Shown piece after piece: positions 19,308 to 27,541 of a DNA stretch of 64,000 nt. Each line of letters begins with the position of its first letter. The stretch's first letter is position 1. This DNA is from a virus. Its lineage: Duplodnaviria; Heunggongvirae; Uroviricota; Caudoviricetes. The notes below the pieces were generated by a model. The model saw nothing but the letters and a program-made list of their open reading frames with translations, was not told the origin of the DNA and searched no databases. The stretch lies in the IMG/VR virus record IMGVR_UViG_2617270980_000003; one strand, given 5' to 3'. Made by a program: the position numbers and the translations under genes.

Positions 19308-21397
19308 CCTCCGGAAGTCAGCCAGGGGTTAACATCGTCAGTTACTGTTTTCTTCCGTTTTTGTTTTTTAACAGGCGTGGATACCGGTTCCGGTGAGGAT
19401 GACGGTTCGGTACTGTCCTGGACACACTCCAGCCAGGTCTCCCGGCTCGCCCACTCCGGTGCATCCGGCCAGCGGATCTTTTCGTATCCATGCAGAATGA
19501 CCAGAGCCTCGGCATACACCATCAGGTCAAAAGCTTCGTTGGCACCGCGACCCGGCTTACTCCATTTCCCGTCACTGCTCCGCTCTTCATACGTCAGTTC
19601 GTCGTAAAACCAGCTCCCCAGCCAGTCAGGGAAATGCACATAGCCTGGACCTGGCGAGTCACGCCATAACGCGTTATTCACCCGGTCTTTCAGGGCATCC
19701 GTCTGAAGAAGCCAGAGCGGCACATCACCTGCGGCCTGCGCCCGGCGGCCCGTTCGTCCGGTGTTATCAGGGAATGTACGGCTGATCAGTTTTGCGCGCC
19801 GGATGCTGTCACCCTTAAACAGGTAAATACGTTTACCAAGGCCATCACGACGGCAACGACGCCAGAATTTATAGGCATTATCAGTGACCCCGTCTTCACC
19901 GCCGGAGTCCACCGCCATTGCCATCAGTCGCATTTGTTGAGAAGGATCGGAGGCCAGCGGCCAGCTTTTATGAAAAACATCCGTCAGCAGGACATCCCAG
20001 TCTTCCGGATAGCTGGCCGGATCAATTCGCTGGCTCTCCCCGTCGCAGTCACTGCGCAATGACTGCGTGATGTTGTAACGATCAATAATCCAGCGTTCGC
20101 CACGACTGCCATAGCCCGTTACCTGAACCACAAAACGGCGATGACGTCCCGCCTGCACATCCACTGTCGCCACAAGGAAATTAACGCCATCCGGCACACT
20201 GCGGGAAGGAACTAGCTCTGCCCGCTGCTCAAGCAGTTCACTTTTTCGTTGCTCCATGCTGGCACGAGGAAGATAAGGCAATCCCCAGTCGGTGTTGATA
20301 ACCGCCCTGAGTGTTTCTTCGCTTCCTGTCGCTTCATACTCCTGTTCTGCAGTCAGTAATTTGTAAACCAGTTGCGCCCAGGTCTGATACGCAGCAGCTG
20401 GCCCTTCCATCCAGAAACTGGCGATACGGGAGCGGCGCGGTTCACCGGAAACGTTGCCGTTACGATCAATAACCTGACCTTCACGCAACCAGACTCCTGC
20501 ACTATTGAGCTCACGCTTTTTCTCCGCAGTGATAATGCCGCTGCAGTGCGGGCAAAGTAGATACGCCGCCTCACTGGCTTTAAAGGGATCCGGTTCATTA
20601 CGGTAGCCGGTCATGGCATCCATGGCTGGCTGAAAATATTCACCGCAGTGCGGACATGACCAGTACCAGCGGCGGCGGTCACCACGATTGTAAAGGGAAA
20701 GAATACCAGTCGTCGGTGGCGCTTCATGAGGCGACTTACGTCGCCATTTGCTGTCGCAGATGTCACGTCCCGGCGAGCTCTCCACCAGAGTCATCCCGGC
20801 GGACATAAATGTGGTGGTACGTTTTGAGGCCAGGGAGAAACCATCACCCTCGCTGTCGATATTCTCCGGAAAACGGTCGTAATCGGTTAAGGCGACAAAC
20901 CGGTAATCCGACGACGACATAATGTTGACCGAGGGCCAACCAATTTTAAGGAACGAGCCATCCCTGAACGTCTTATCATGGACATTATTGTCGTTACGAC
21001 GTGGACTCATTCTTTTCTTTACCGCCGCACTGCTTCTGAACGTTCTGTCGAGGCGCTTTTTAGAATGCTCGCGGGCCTTATCTTCGGTCATCTGCACAAC
21101 GAGCATGTCCGAAGGATCGCAAACGATGGTATAGACAATCCATCCATCGATCAGACCAATGGTCTTCCCTGTTCGCGCAGGACCAACAAAAATCACCGCA
21201 TCGTATTCACGCGATGCCAGGCAGTTCATGGGCTCAATGATGTAGGGTGTCAGTTCAGGATCCCATGGCACCGAGTTACCAGCCCCCTTGGGAACACGCA
21301 TGAATTTTTTAACAGCCTCCGAAATCGGCATGCGACGTGGTGGGGAAAATCCTGCCGATATGTCCCTTCCCAAATTTCGGGCTGATGAAAAACCCAT
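19298..21397 (-). CDS. terminase large subunit (lambda A-like)
   Basis: 699 aa; CPHCGEYF motif region resembles lambda gpA; follows Nu1-like gene. Confidence 0.88.
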   Translation of the reverse strand: MGFSSARNLGRDISAGFSPPRRMPISEAVKKFMRVPKGAGNSVPWDPELTPYIIEPMNCLASREYDAVIFVGPARTGKTIGLIDGWIVYTIVCDPSDMLVVQMTEDKAREHSKKRLDRTFRSSAAVKKRMSPRRNDNNVHDKTFRDGSFLKIGWPSVNIMSSSDYRFVALTDYDRFPENIDSEGDGFSLASKRTTTFMSAGMTLVESSPGRDICDSKWRRKSPHEAPPTTGILSLYNRGDRRRWYWSCPHCGEYFQPAMDAMTGYRNEPDPFKASEAAYLLCPHCSGIITAEKKRELNSAGVWLREGQVIDRNGNVSGEPRRSRIASFWMEGPAAAYQTWAQLVYKLLTAEQEYEATGSEETLRAVINTDWGLPYLPRASMEQRKSELLEQRAELVPSRSVPDGVNFLVATVDVQAGRHRRFVVQVTGYGSRGERWIIDRYNITQSLRSDCDGESQRIDPASYPEDWDVLLTDVFHKSWPLASDPSQQMRLMAMAVDSGGEDGVTDNAYKFWRRCRRDGLGKRIYLFKGDSIRRAKLISRTFPDNTGRTGRRAQAAGDVPLWLLQTDALKDRVNNALWRDSPGPGYVHFPDWLGSWFYDELTYEERSSDGKWSKPGRGANEAFDLMVYAEALVILHGYEKIRWPDAPEWASRETWLECVQDSTEPSSSPEPVSTPVKKQKRKKTVTDDVNPWLTSGGWL

Positions 21398-21405
21398 TAT
21401 TCCTC

Positions 21406-21963
21406 CTAGAGACTCTCTCCTTCCTCATCAGGAATTAATTCAGCAGCACAAGCCTCGTAGGATTTTTCCTGAAGAGTGTATCGCAGGTCATCAATGGCCT
21501 GCTGTACAACGCCGACGGCCTGAGGAGTCAGGGCGCAATCGCGTTCAAGAACATCCGGAATTGTCTCCAGAACCTGGACGACAGCCTTTCTCATGGACGA
21601 ATAGACGATGACTACTTCATCAACGGGGATGAGTTTTCGCTGCTCCTTTTCCAGCTTGATCCTTTCATTTTCAGATTGGTACCAGTCCTTTCTCTCTTTC
21701 GGCTCCATACGGGATGGATCATGAACAGAGTCTGCTGCCTCATGCTTCACACTAAACAGGGCTGGCCCGACATGCTGCAGGGCGTAAACGGGGTTCCCCC
21801 TGATAGTCGCAGCCACAGGAGTGTTGGCCGCGAGGAGCCGTTTTTTTACTGTGTCCCGGTGAAGCCCAAAGGCCTCAGCGATTTTAAAAACACTCCAGTA
21901 ATAAGCATCACCGATCCCGCTCACATTTGACATAAGCAACTCCATCTGGCAGGTGAAAATCAT
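21406..21963 (-). CDS. terminase small subunit (Nu1-like, N-terminal HTH); start uncertain
   Basis: HTH segment FKIAEAFGLHRDTVKKRL near N-terminus; directly upstream of the large subunit. Confidence 0.7.
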   Translation of the reverse strand: MIFTCQMELLMSNVSGIGDAYYWSVFKIAEAFGLHRDTVKKRLLAANTPVAATIRGNPVYALQHVGPALFSVKHEAADSVHDPSRMEPKERKDWYQSENERIKLEKEQRKLIPVDEVVIVYSSMRKAVVQVLETIPDVLERDCALTPQAVGVVQQAIDDLRYTLQEKSYEACAAELIPDEEGESL

Positions 21964-22495
21964 GTTTATTTATATATTTCAATTAATTGCAAACTGGTCT
22001 AATGACAGGGAGAAAAAAATATTGTACAGGTGAAAAGAGAAATAACTTTTAATTATCAATAAATTACCAAACATGCTGCCGCCGCCATGGAAATGCAAAA
22101 ACTAGCCTTTTTCCGCGACGCTCCCGCCCCGTGGCAGGGACCCCCACTGGGAGGACCCGACAGCCTGACAACCGTGACGAGCATCTGAAACAGAGCTTTA
22201 CATAATGGCATGGGGATAATTCAGAAGGACATCACAGCATGCCCACACAAATTAGTGTGAGTGTCCTGTTTCTTACTACGCGCAGGACTGACGAGCATGA
22301 GGGGAAAATACGAGAACCGAAATGCCTTATCTTCAGAAATGCAGCCGGCATCCGAACTGGACGATATTGTAAATTCACCTAAATACGAGGCATTGCTGTA
22401 GTTGAATTGCATTGCTGTATTAGCCTGACAGTGACAGAATACGATATTGACTCTGTCACTTGTGAAATGGTCAGAATGGTTAGCAGTTATGGTGA

Positions 22496-22702
22496 TCAGT
22501 CAACCACCAGGGAATAATCCTTCGTATTCTTATCGTGCTTTACTAACGCGGCCTCAATTGCCCTGAATGCTTCCAGAGACACTTGATGTTCTATACATGC
22601 AATTACAACATCCGGGTAACCCATCGAAATGGTGCTATTAAGCATAGTTTTTACACGAACCTGCTCCTGGGAGGGGGCATCAGTGTATTGTTCTTTATGC
22701 AT
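22496..22702 (-). CDS. hypothetical small protein (lambdoid cargo region)
   Basis: 68-aa ORF in AT-rich region between cos-proximal region and the gns-like gene. Confidence 0.3.
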   Translation of the reverse strand: MHKEQYTDAPSQEQVRVKTMLNSTISMGYPDVVIACIEHQVSLEAFRAIEAALVKHDKNTKDYSLVVD

Positions 22703-22995
22703 TTTGTCGCTCCATGCGTTTGCTCTTCACTTACGGCTAAAAATATAACGTCAAATCACTCAGCATGAAAGAGTTAAAGATTCAGCGCGTTTCCCTTACA
22801 TAATCTGTCGTTTGTATTCTCTTCAGGCATACCGGAAAGACTAGGTATTGTCACACAACCAATACCATCGACAATCGAGATTTATACCTATTCGGTAATG
22901 TTTAAATATAACAAAACCCCGTAAAAACGAGGTTTATGGGTAATTTGTATTGTTGAATAGCATCTGATGAGAAATTGATGCTAATACTAAACAGA

Positions 22996-23172
22996 CTAGA
23001 TTAAATCAATCTTGATATCATAGCTTTCAAGACCAGTCATTTTTTCCCGTGCAGTAAACTGGATACTGGTAACTTCTTTCCCGGTCTTTTTCTTAAGCTC
23101 AATGATTTTTTTTGTTATATATTCAGAAATATCTGCTTCTGTTTTTGTTTTTAACTCTTCAATGTTCATCAT
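22996..23172 (-). CDS. GnsA/GnsB-family protein
   Basis: MNIEELKTK...KKTGKEVTSIQFTAREKMTGLESYDIKI matches E. coli GnsA/GnsB as recalled; ORF-track N-terminal extension unlikely. Confidence 0.75.
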   Translation of the reverse strand: MMNIEELKTKTEADISEYITKKIIELKKKTGKEVTSIQFTAREKMTGLESYDIKIDLI

Positions 23173-23341
23173 TTCCTCTTTTAGTCTGTTATGACTTTCC
23201 TGGTACACAGTAGTGTCAATTATATGGAGCAAACGTATAAAAGATAAGATGAAACATCGCAATAATCAACATACGACGGTCTAAATTTCACACAAACAGA
23301 TAAAGATGATTATCATTTATTATCAATGCATTAGAATCAAA

Positions 23342-23572
23342 TCAATTCAAGAGTCTCATTGCTGCTTCCAGAATTTCTTCTGAAGTTACATGTCGATCCG
23401 CTGCTACATAAATGACTTTATGATCTCCGGTCAGAGATGGAAACCCTGCAGCCATTACAGTGAGGTGTGTTGTTTCGCCATTTGGATATTCACGCATGAT
23501 GGTGTTAACTCCGGTCATCACTGGCACTACCATTGCTGGTTCAGAGTTAAAAAAAACTATTATTTTTTTCAT
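23342..23572 (-). CDS. hypothetical small protein (position of ynfN in Qin-like prophages)
   Basis: ORF with likely start MKKIIVF; family not recognised. Confidence 0.3.
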   Translation of the reverse strand: MKKIIVFFNSEPAMVVPVMTGVNTIMREYPNGETTHLTVMAAGFPSLTGDHKVIYVAADRHVTSEEILEAAMRLLN

Positions 23573-23605
23573 AATGTTACCGTAATATGTGAGTATCCAT
23601 CGACT

Positions 23606-23635
23606 AGACACTAAGCAAAAAAGCTCCCGAAGGGG
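23606..23635. terminator. bidirectional intrinsic terminator (hairpin flanked by A6 and T8)
   Basis: AAAAAAGCTCCCGAAGGGGCTTTTTTTT read directly. Confidence 0.5.
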
Positions 23636-23701
23636 CTTTTTTTTAAGATTTAACCAAATGAAATAAAAGGATTTATTTCAGGTCATGTCCACTTACCGAC
23701 C

Positions 23702-23726
23702 ACATCTATTCAAAAGCCCCGCAATG
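23702..23726. terminator. intrinsic terminator downstream of ogr (hairpin GCCCCGC-AAT-GCGGGGC with flanking A/T runs)
   Basis: Read directly from sequence. Confidence 0.5.
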
Positions 23727-23737
23727 CGGGGCTTTTA

Positions 23738-23986
23738 TCATATAGTCAAACTTAACTGATCGCGTCCATAGTGCGAAGCGGGAAAGACACCTGCGGGAAT
23801 AAAGTCAGGCGCTAATTTATCGCGCCGCTCACGCTTGGTGACAATTTTTTCAACACTGTTAAGCGTTGTGAATGACAAGCCGCATTCCATATTCTGGCAC
23901 TGATGGTATTGGCGAATCGTTACTTCACTAAGAGGCTTACTGGTGCGAGTGCGGGCCGTAGCGCCGCAGTGTGGGCATTTGAACAT
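23738..23986 (-). CDS. ogr: Ogr/Delta-family zinc-finger late transcription activator
   Basis: MFKCPHCG...RTS...RQYHQCQNMECGLSF matches P2 Ogr as recalled (four-Cys zinc finger). Confidence 0.9.
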   Translation of the reverse strand: MFKCPHCGATARTRTSKPLSEVTIRQYHQCQNMECGLSFTTLNSVEKIVTKRERRDKLAPDFIPAGVFPASHYGRDQLSLTI

Positions 23987-24024
23987 AATGGTGACTCCCC
24001 TGGGGAGTTGAACTCATCACCATT

Positions 24025-25158
24025 CTATTCAGTTTCTGCGATCCAGTCAGATATTTTTGCTTCAAAGTTAAGCTGTGTTGTGAATCCATTACTATCAACA
24101 TCATGCTGTACCTTGCTGATTATCCAGTCCTGGGCGTCAATATCAGCTTTAAAACCGGTTACCGTTGCGTGCATTTCCGGGTACAACTCCGCGCGCCCGC
24201 GCGCCAGGGTGATCGAAAACTCCGCCGCGCCGCGCTGTAACTGCTGCCACTTTGCCGCCGCTGCGCGCCTGGCGGCTTCTTCGTTCTGGAAGGTTTTACG
24301 CATAATAAAAACGTTACCTTCAGCGCCTTCAATATAGTCACCTTCCCTGCTGCTGCTCTTATCCGCTTTTTTAGTTGTGGCACGACGACGGACACTGACC
24401 TTTTTCTTTTTCCCGTAATTCAGATCAAGCCAGTACGCGCGGACGCCGGTATAAGCGTCACGATCAGCAACGCGGAAGCGGTGCCGGTCGCCACTGCTGC
24501 GCGTGATGGCAATCGACGGAATAGCCTTCCCTGATGCTGTGAAACCACCACCCGGCACGATAAATAACAGACTGCCATTTTTTACCGTGGCGATGGCCCC
24601 TAACATTTCCGCCATTCTGGTCAGAAATGACATATCGCTTTCCTGAGTCTGATCGGCGTGGTCAATTTCCACATCCATCAACAGATCGCTGATTTGCGGC
24701 GTCAGGTCATACCGTTTTGCGATAGCGGACACAACCCGCTCCACAGTCACATCATGCCAGGAGACTTCACGCTTCACGTTAAACTCTTCTCTGAAATCTG
24801 CACTCCTGGCGGTCACCGTGATACGGTCTGGCGGCCCGTCATGCGCGACTTCATCAACCGTGTACACGCCCTTATAAACCAGCGCTTCACCCATCCACCC
24901 CAGCCAGAAAGACAACTCAGCACCGCGCAGCGGAAGGGCAACGCCTCCATCAGTATCATCCAGCTCTAATGTCAGCTGATCGGCGTCAAATCCCCTGTTG
25001 TCCGTCAGGCTGATGGATATCACGCGATCTGATAATTCTGTTAACACCTTTCCGCCCTGCCGGACGCTGAATGCCGGTATTTTTAACGCCTCCGTCAGGA
25101 TGTCATCGACACCGCCAGCCGCGCCCGAAATCATACTGCTGATCACTGAAACACTCAT
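24025..25158 (-). CDS. D: P2 gpD-like tail protein (late control D family)
   Basis: About 378 aa, gpD-like; ATG at 25158 preceded by GGGAGGG; ORF-track start at 25272 is TTG. Confidence 0.85.
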   Translation of the reverse strand: MSVSVISSMISGAAGGVDDILTEALKIPAFSVRQGGKVLTELSDRVISISLTDNRGFDADQLTLELDDTDGGVALPLRGAELSFWLGWMGEALVYKGVYTVDEVAHDGPPDRITVTARSADFREEFNVKREVSWHDVTVERVVSAIAKRYDLTPQISDLLMDVEIDHADQTQESDMSFLTRMAEMLGAIATVKNGSLLFIVPGGGFTASGKAIPSIAITRSSGDRHRFRVADRDAYTGVRAYWLDLNYGKKKKVSVRRRATTKKADKSSSREGDYIEGAEGNVFIMRKTFQNEEAARRAAAAKWQQLQRGAAEFSITLARGRAELYPEMHATVTGFKADIDAQDWIISKVQHDVDSNGFTTQLNFEAKISDWIAETE

Positions 25159-25218
25159 ACACCCTCCCGTTTTGCTGAATAATTCCACGCGGGCGCGCGT
25201 GGGAGAATTCGTTTTAGT

Positions 25219-25236
25219 TGTCAGAGAGATAGCACA
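25219..25236. promoter_or_regulatory. Ogr-type late promoter element TGT-N12-ACA in the D/FI divergent intergenic region (putative P_F)
   Basis: TGTCAGAGAGATAGCACA; 18-bp stretch CGTTTTAGTTGTCAGAGA identical to the one upstream of P at 42381. Confidence 0.5.
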
Positions 25237-25311
25237 ACCAGAAAGGCGTGAAGCTGTTACGTCAATCAGCAATCATGGTGGCGAACTCAACAAAACGTAA
25301 TGGTGACAAAC

Positions 25312-26502
25312 ATGTCTGAGACACGTTTTCACGGTGCTCGCACCAAAGAAGAAACCGACATCACGAAGGTAATTAACGACATTGACTCCAGCGTCATTGG
25401 CGTAATTGTCATCGCTGATGACGCGGACGAAGACGCATTTCCACTCAACACCCCAACGCTTATCACGCGGCCTCAGTCGATGCTGGGCAAGGCGGGGAAA
25501 ACAGGGACGCTGTACAAAACGCTGAAAGCCATTTCAGACCAGGCAAGCGCGAAAGTCATTGTTGTTCGTGTCGCCGCAGCCAAGCCGCTGGAAGGCGACG
25601 CAGAAGCGGAAACGCAAGTGCAACTGATTATCGGTGGCTCTGATGCTGAAGGTAACTACACCGGCATGTATGCGCTTCTGACTGCCGAACAGAAGACACA
25701 GTATCGACCGCGCATCCTGGCGGTTCCTGAATACGACACCGAAGAAGTGACGGCACAGCTTTGTGTGATCGCCAAACAGCTTCGCGCCTATGTTTATGCA
25801 AGCTGTAACGGCTGCAAGACGCTGGCGGAAGCCCTCGCGTATCGTAAAACCTTCGCATCACGCGAACTCACGCTGATCTGGCCTGACTACATCGCATATA
25901 ACCAGGTGTCCGGGGAAAATGAAGTATTCCCGGCCCCGGCCTATGCGGTAGGGCTGCGCGCGTTTATTGATAACCAGTACGGCTGGCACCGCTCGCTATC
26001 TAACATTGCCGTCAGCAATGCGCTTGGCATTTCGAAGGATGTTTTCTGGGCGCTTCAGGCTGAAGACAGTGACGCACAGACGCTGAACAACGCCGAAATC
26101 ACCACCATCATCAAGCGTAATGGCTTCCGTTTCTGGGGTAACCGCACCACAGACACCAATGAATTTGTGTTTGAGGTGTACACCCGCACGGCGCAAATCC
26201 TGGCGGACACCATCGCAGAGGCGCAATTTGAAACCATTGACGGGCCACTCACCCCGACCAACGTGAAAGACGTGGTGAGCGCGATTAACAAGAAACTCAG
26301 TGCACTGGTCACAGCTGGCAAGTTGCTTGGCGCGGAAGCCTGGTTTGACATCGTGGACAACGGAACCGCAAACCTGATTCAGGGCAAAGTGGCGATCCGC
26401 TACAAGTACACGCCGGTGCCACCGATGGAAGATTTGACGCTGATCCAGACGTTCACCGATGAATATTTTGAAGGCGCGTTTTCGTCTCTGGGGAGTAACT
26501 AA
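25312..26502 (+). CDS. FI: tail sheath protein (P2 FI-like)
   Basis: About 396 aa; strong collinear match to P2 FI as recalled (FPLN.P.LIT, GFRFWGNRT, YTRTAQ, YKYTPVPP). Confidence 0.92.
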   Translation: MSETRFHGARTKEETDITKVINDIDSSVIGVIVIADDADEDAFPLNTPTLITRPQSMLGKAGKTGTLYKTLKAISDQASAKVIVVRVAAAKPLEGDAEAETQVQLIIGGSDAEGNYTGMYALLTAEQKTQYRPRILAVPEYDTEEVTAQLCVIAKQLRAYVYASCNGCKTLAEALAYRKTFASRELTLIWPDYIAYNQVSGENEVFPAPAYAVGLRAFIDNQYGWHRSLSNIAVSNALGISKDVFWALQAEDSDAQTLNNAEITTIIKRNGFRFWGNRTTDTNEFVFEVYTRTAQILADTIAEAQFETIDGPLTPTNVKDVVSAINKKLSALVTAGKLLGAEAWFDIVDNGTANLIQGKVAIRYKYTPVPPMEDLTLIQTFTDEYFEGAFSSLGSN

Positions 26503-27015
26503 ATGGCGATTCCACCAAAACTACGGCTGTTCACCTGCTTTGTGAACAGCGTGAACAATATCGGCAAAGTGACATCTGTCACGCTGCCAAAACTGACCCG
26601 CAAAACTGACGACTATCAGGGCGGCGGGATGATTGGCTCTGTTGCTGTCGATCTCGGACTGGATAGCGGCGCGCTTGATGCCACGATGGTTGTAGGCGGC
26701 CTGGTTCAGGCTCTGCTACTGGAATACGGCGGCGATCTGGACGGAACGCTTATCCGATTCACCGGGGAATATTACACATCCGGCGAGAGTCAGATCGTTG
26801 ACGTGGAAATGCGCGGCAAATTCACCGAAATCGACGGCGGCGAAAGCAAGCAGGGCGAAGATACGTCCGTAACCTACGCCATTAAAAACACGTACTACAA
26901 GCTGTCAATTGACGATAAGCCCATCTGGGAAATTGACCTGCTGAACTTCGTGTACAAACGCAACGACGAAAATATTTACCCTTCCCGCGTAATGTCTGCG
27001 CTGGGCATGGGATAA
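26503..27015 (+). CDS. FII: tail tube protein (P2 FII-like)
   Basis: 170 aa immediately after sheath gene. Confidence 0.9.
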   Translation: MAIPPKLRLFTCFVNSVNNIGKVTSVTLPKLTRKTDDYQGGGMIGSVAVDLGLDSGALDATMVVGGLVQALLLEYGGDLDGTLIRFTGEYYTSGESQIVDVEMRGKFTEIDGGESKQGEDTSVTYAIKNTYYKLSIDDKPIWEIDLLNFVYKRNDENIYPSRVMSALGMG

Positions 27016-27068
27016 CTAACAACCACTACAGGCGCGGCATCGGGTGATGCCGCCCGGAGATTAAAACG

Positions 27069-27380
27069 ATGACCGAAGAAAACACCGTAACACTGACACG
27101 CCCGATTAAACGCGACGGCAACGAAATCAAAACCATCACGATCACTGACGAAGTGAAACAGGCTGGTACCCTGCGCGGCCTTCGCCTGGTGAACGTGATG
27201 AATATGGACGTGGACAGCATCAGCACCCTGCTAACCCGCTGCACTTCCCCGCGCCTGAAGCTCAAAGAAATCAGCGAAATGGCAACATCTGACTTTGTTG
27301 AACTTTGCGAGGCGCTCACGCCTTTTTTAGCGCCGAAGGAGCCTGGCACGAAGAACGAGACGGAGACGGAGAGCGAGTAA
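27069..27380 (+). CDS. E: tail assembly chaperone E
   Basis: 103 aa between tube and tape measure; contains slippery heptamer. Confidence 0.85.
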   Translation: MTEENTVTLTRPIKRDGNEIKTITITDEVKQAGTLRGLRLVNVMNMDVDSISTLLTRCTSPRLKLKEISEMATSDFVELCEALTPFLAPKEPGTKNETETESE

Positions 27381-27541
27381 ACGCGCCCCACTTTGACCTG
27401 ATCGATGATCTGGTTGCTGATATAGCAGTTATTTTCAACTGGCCGCCCTCAGAGGTTTTCACTATGTCCCTGAGTGAGGTGATAGCCTGGCGTGAACGGG
27501 CGGCTATCCGAAGCGGAAACAGTGAAGATGAAAGACCTTAA
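27069..27541 (+). CDS. tail assembly chaperone E+E' (product of -1 programmed frameshift at T_TTT_TTA, 27323-27329)
   Basis: Heptamer TTTTTTA in E frame; -1 frame continues open to 27541 (FFSAEGAWHEE...), as in P2 E/E'. Confidence 0.75.

Noticed and set aside
22090-22180. GC-rich segment upstream of the Nu1-like gene, considered as the lambdoid cos site
   Set aside because: Position is right for cos but I could not match the lambda cosN 12-nt end from memory; too uncertain to call as a feature
22221-22412. 63-aa minus-strand ORF in the AT-rich region near the lambdoid cos
   Set aside because: Low-complexity translation and no ribosome-binding site support; likely non-coding regulatory or cos-flanking DNA
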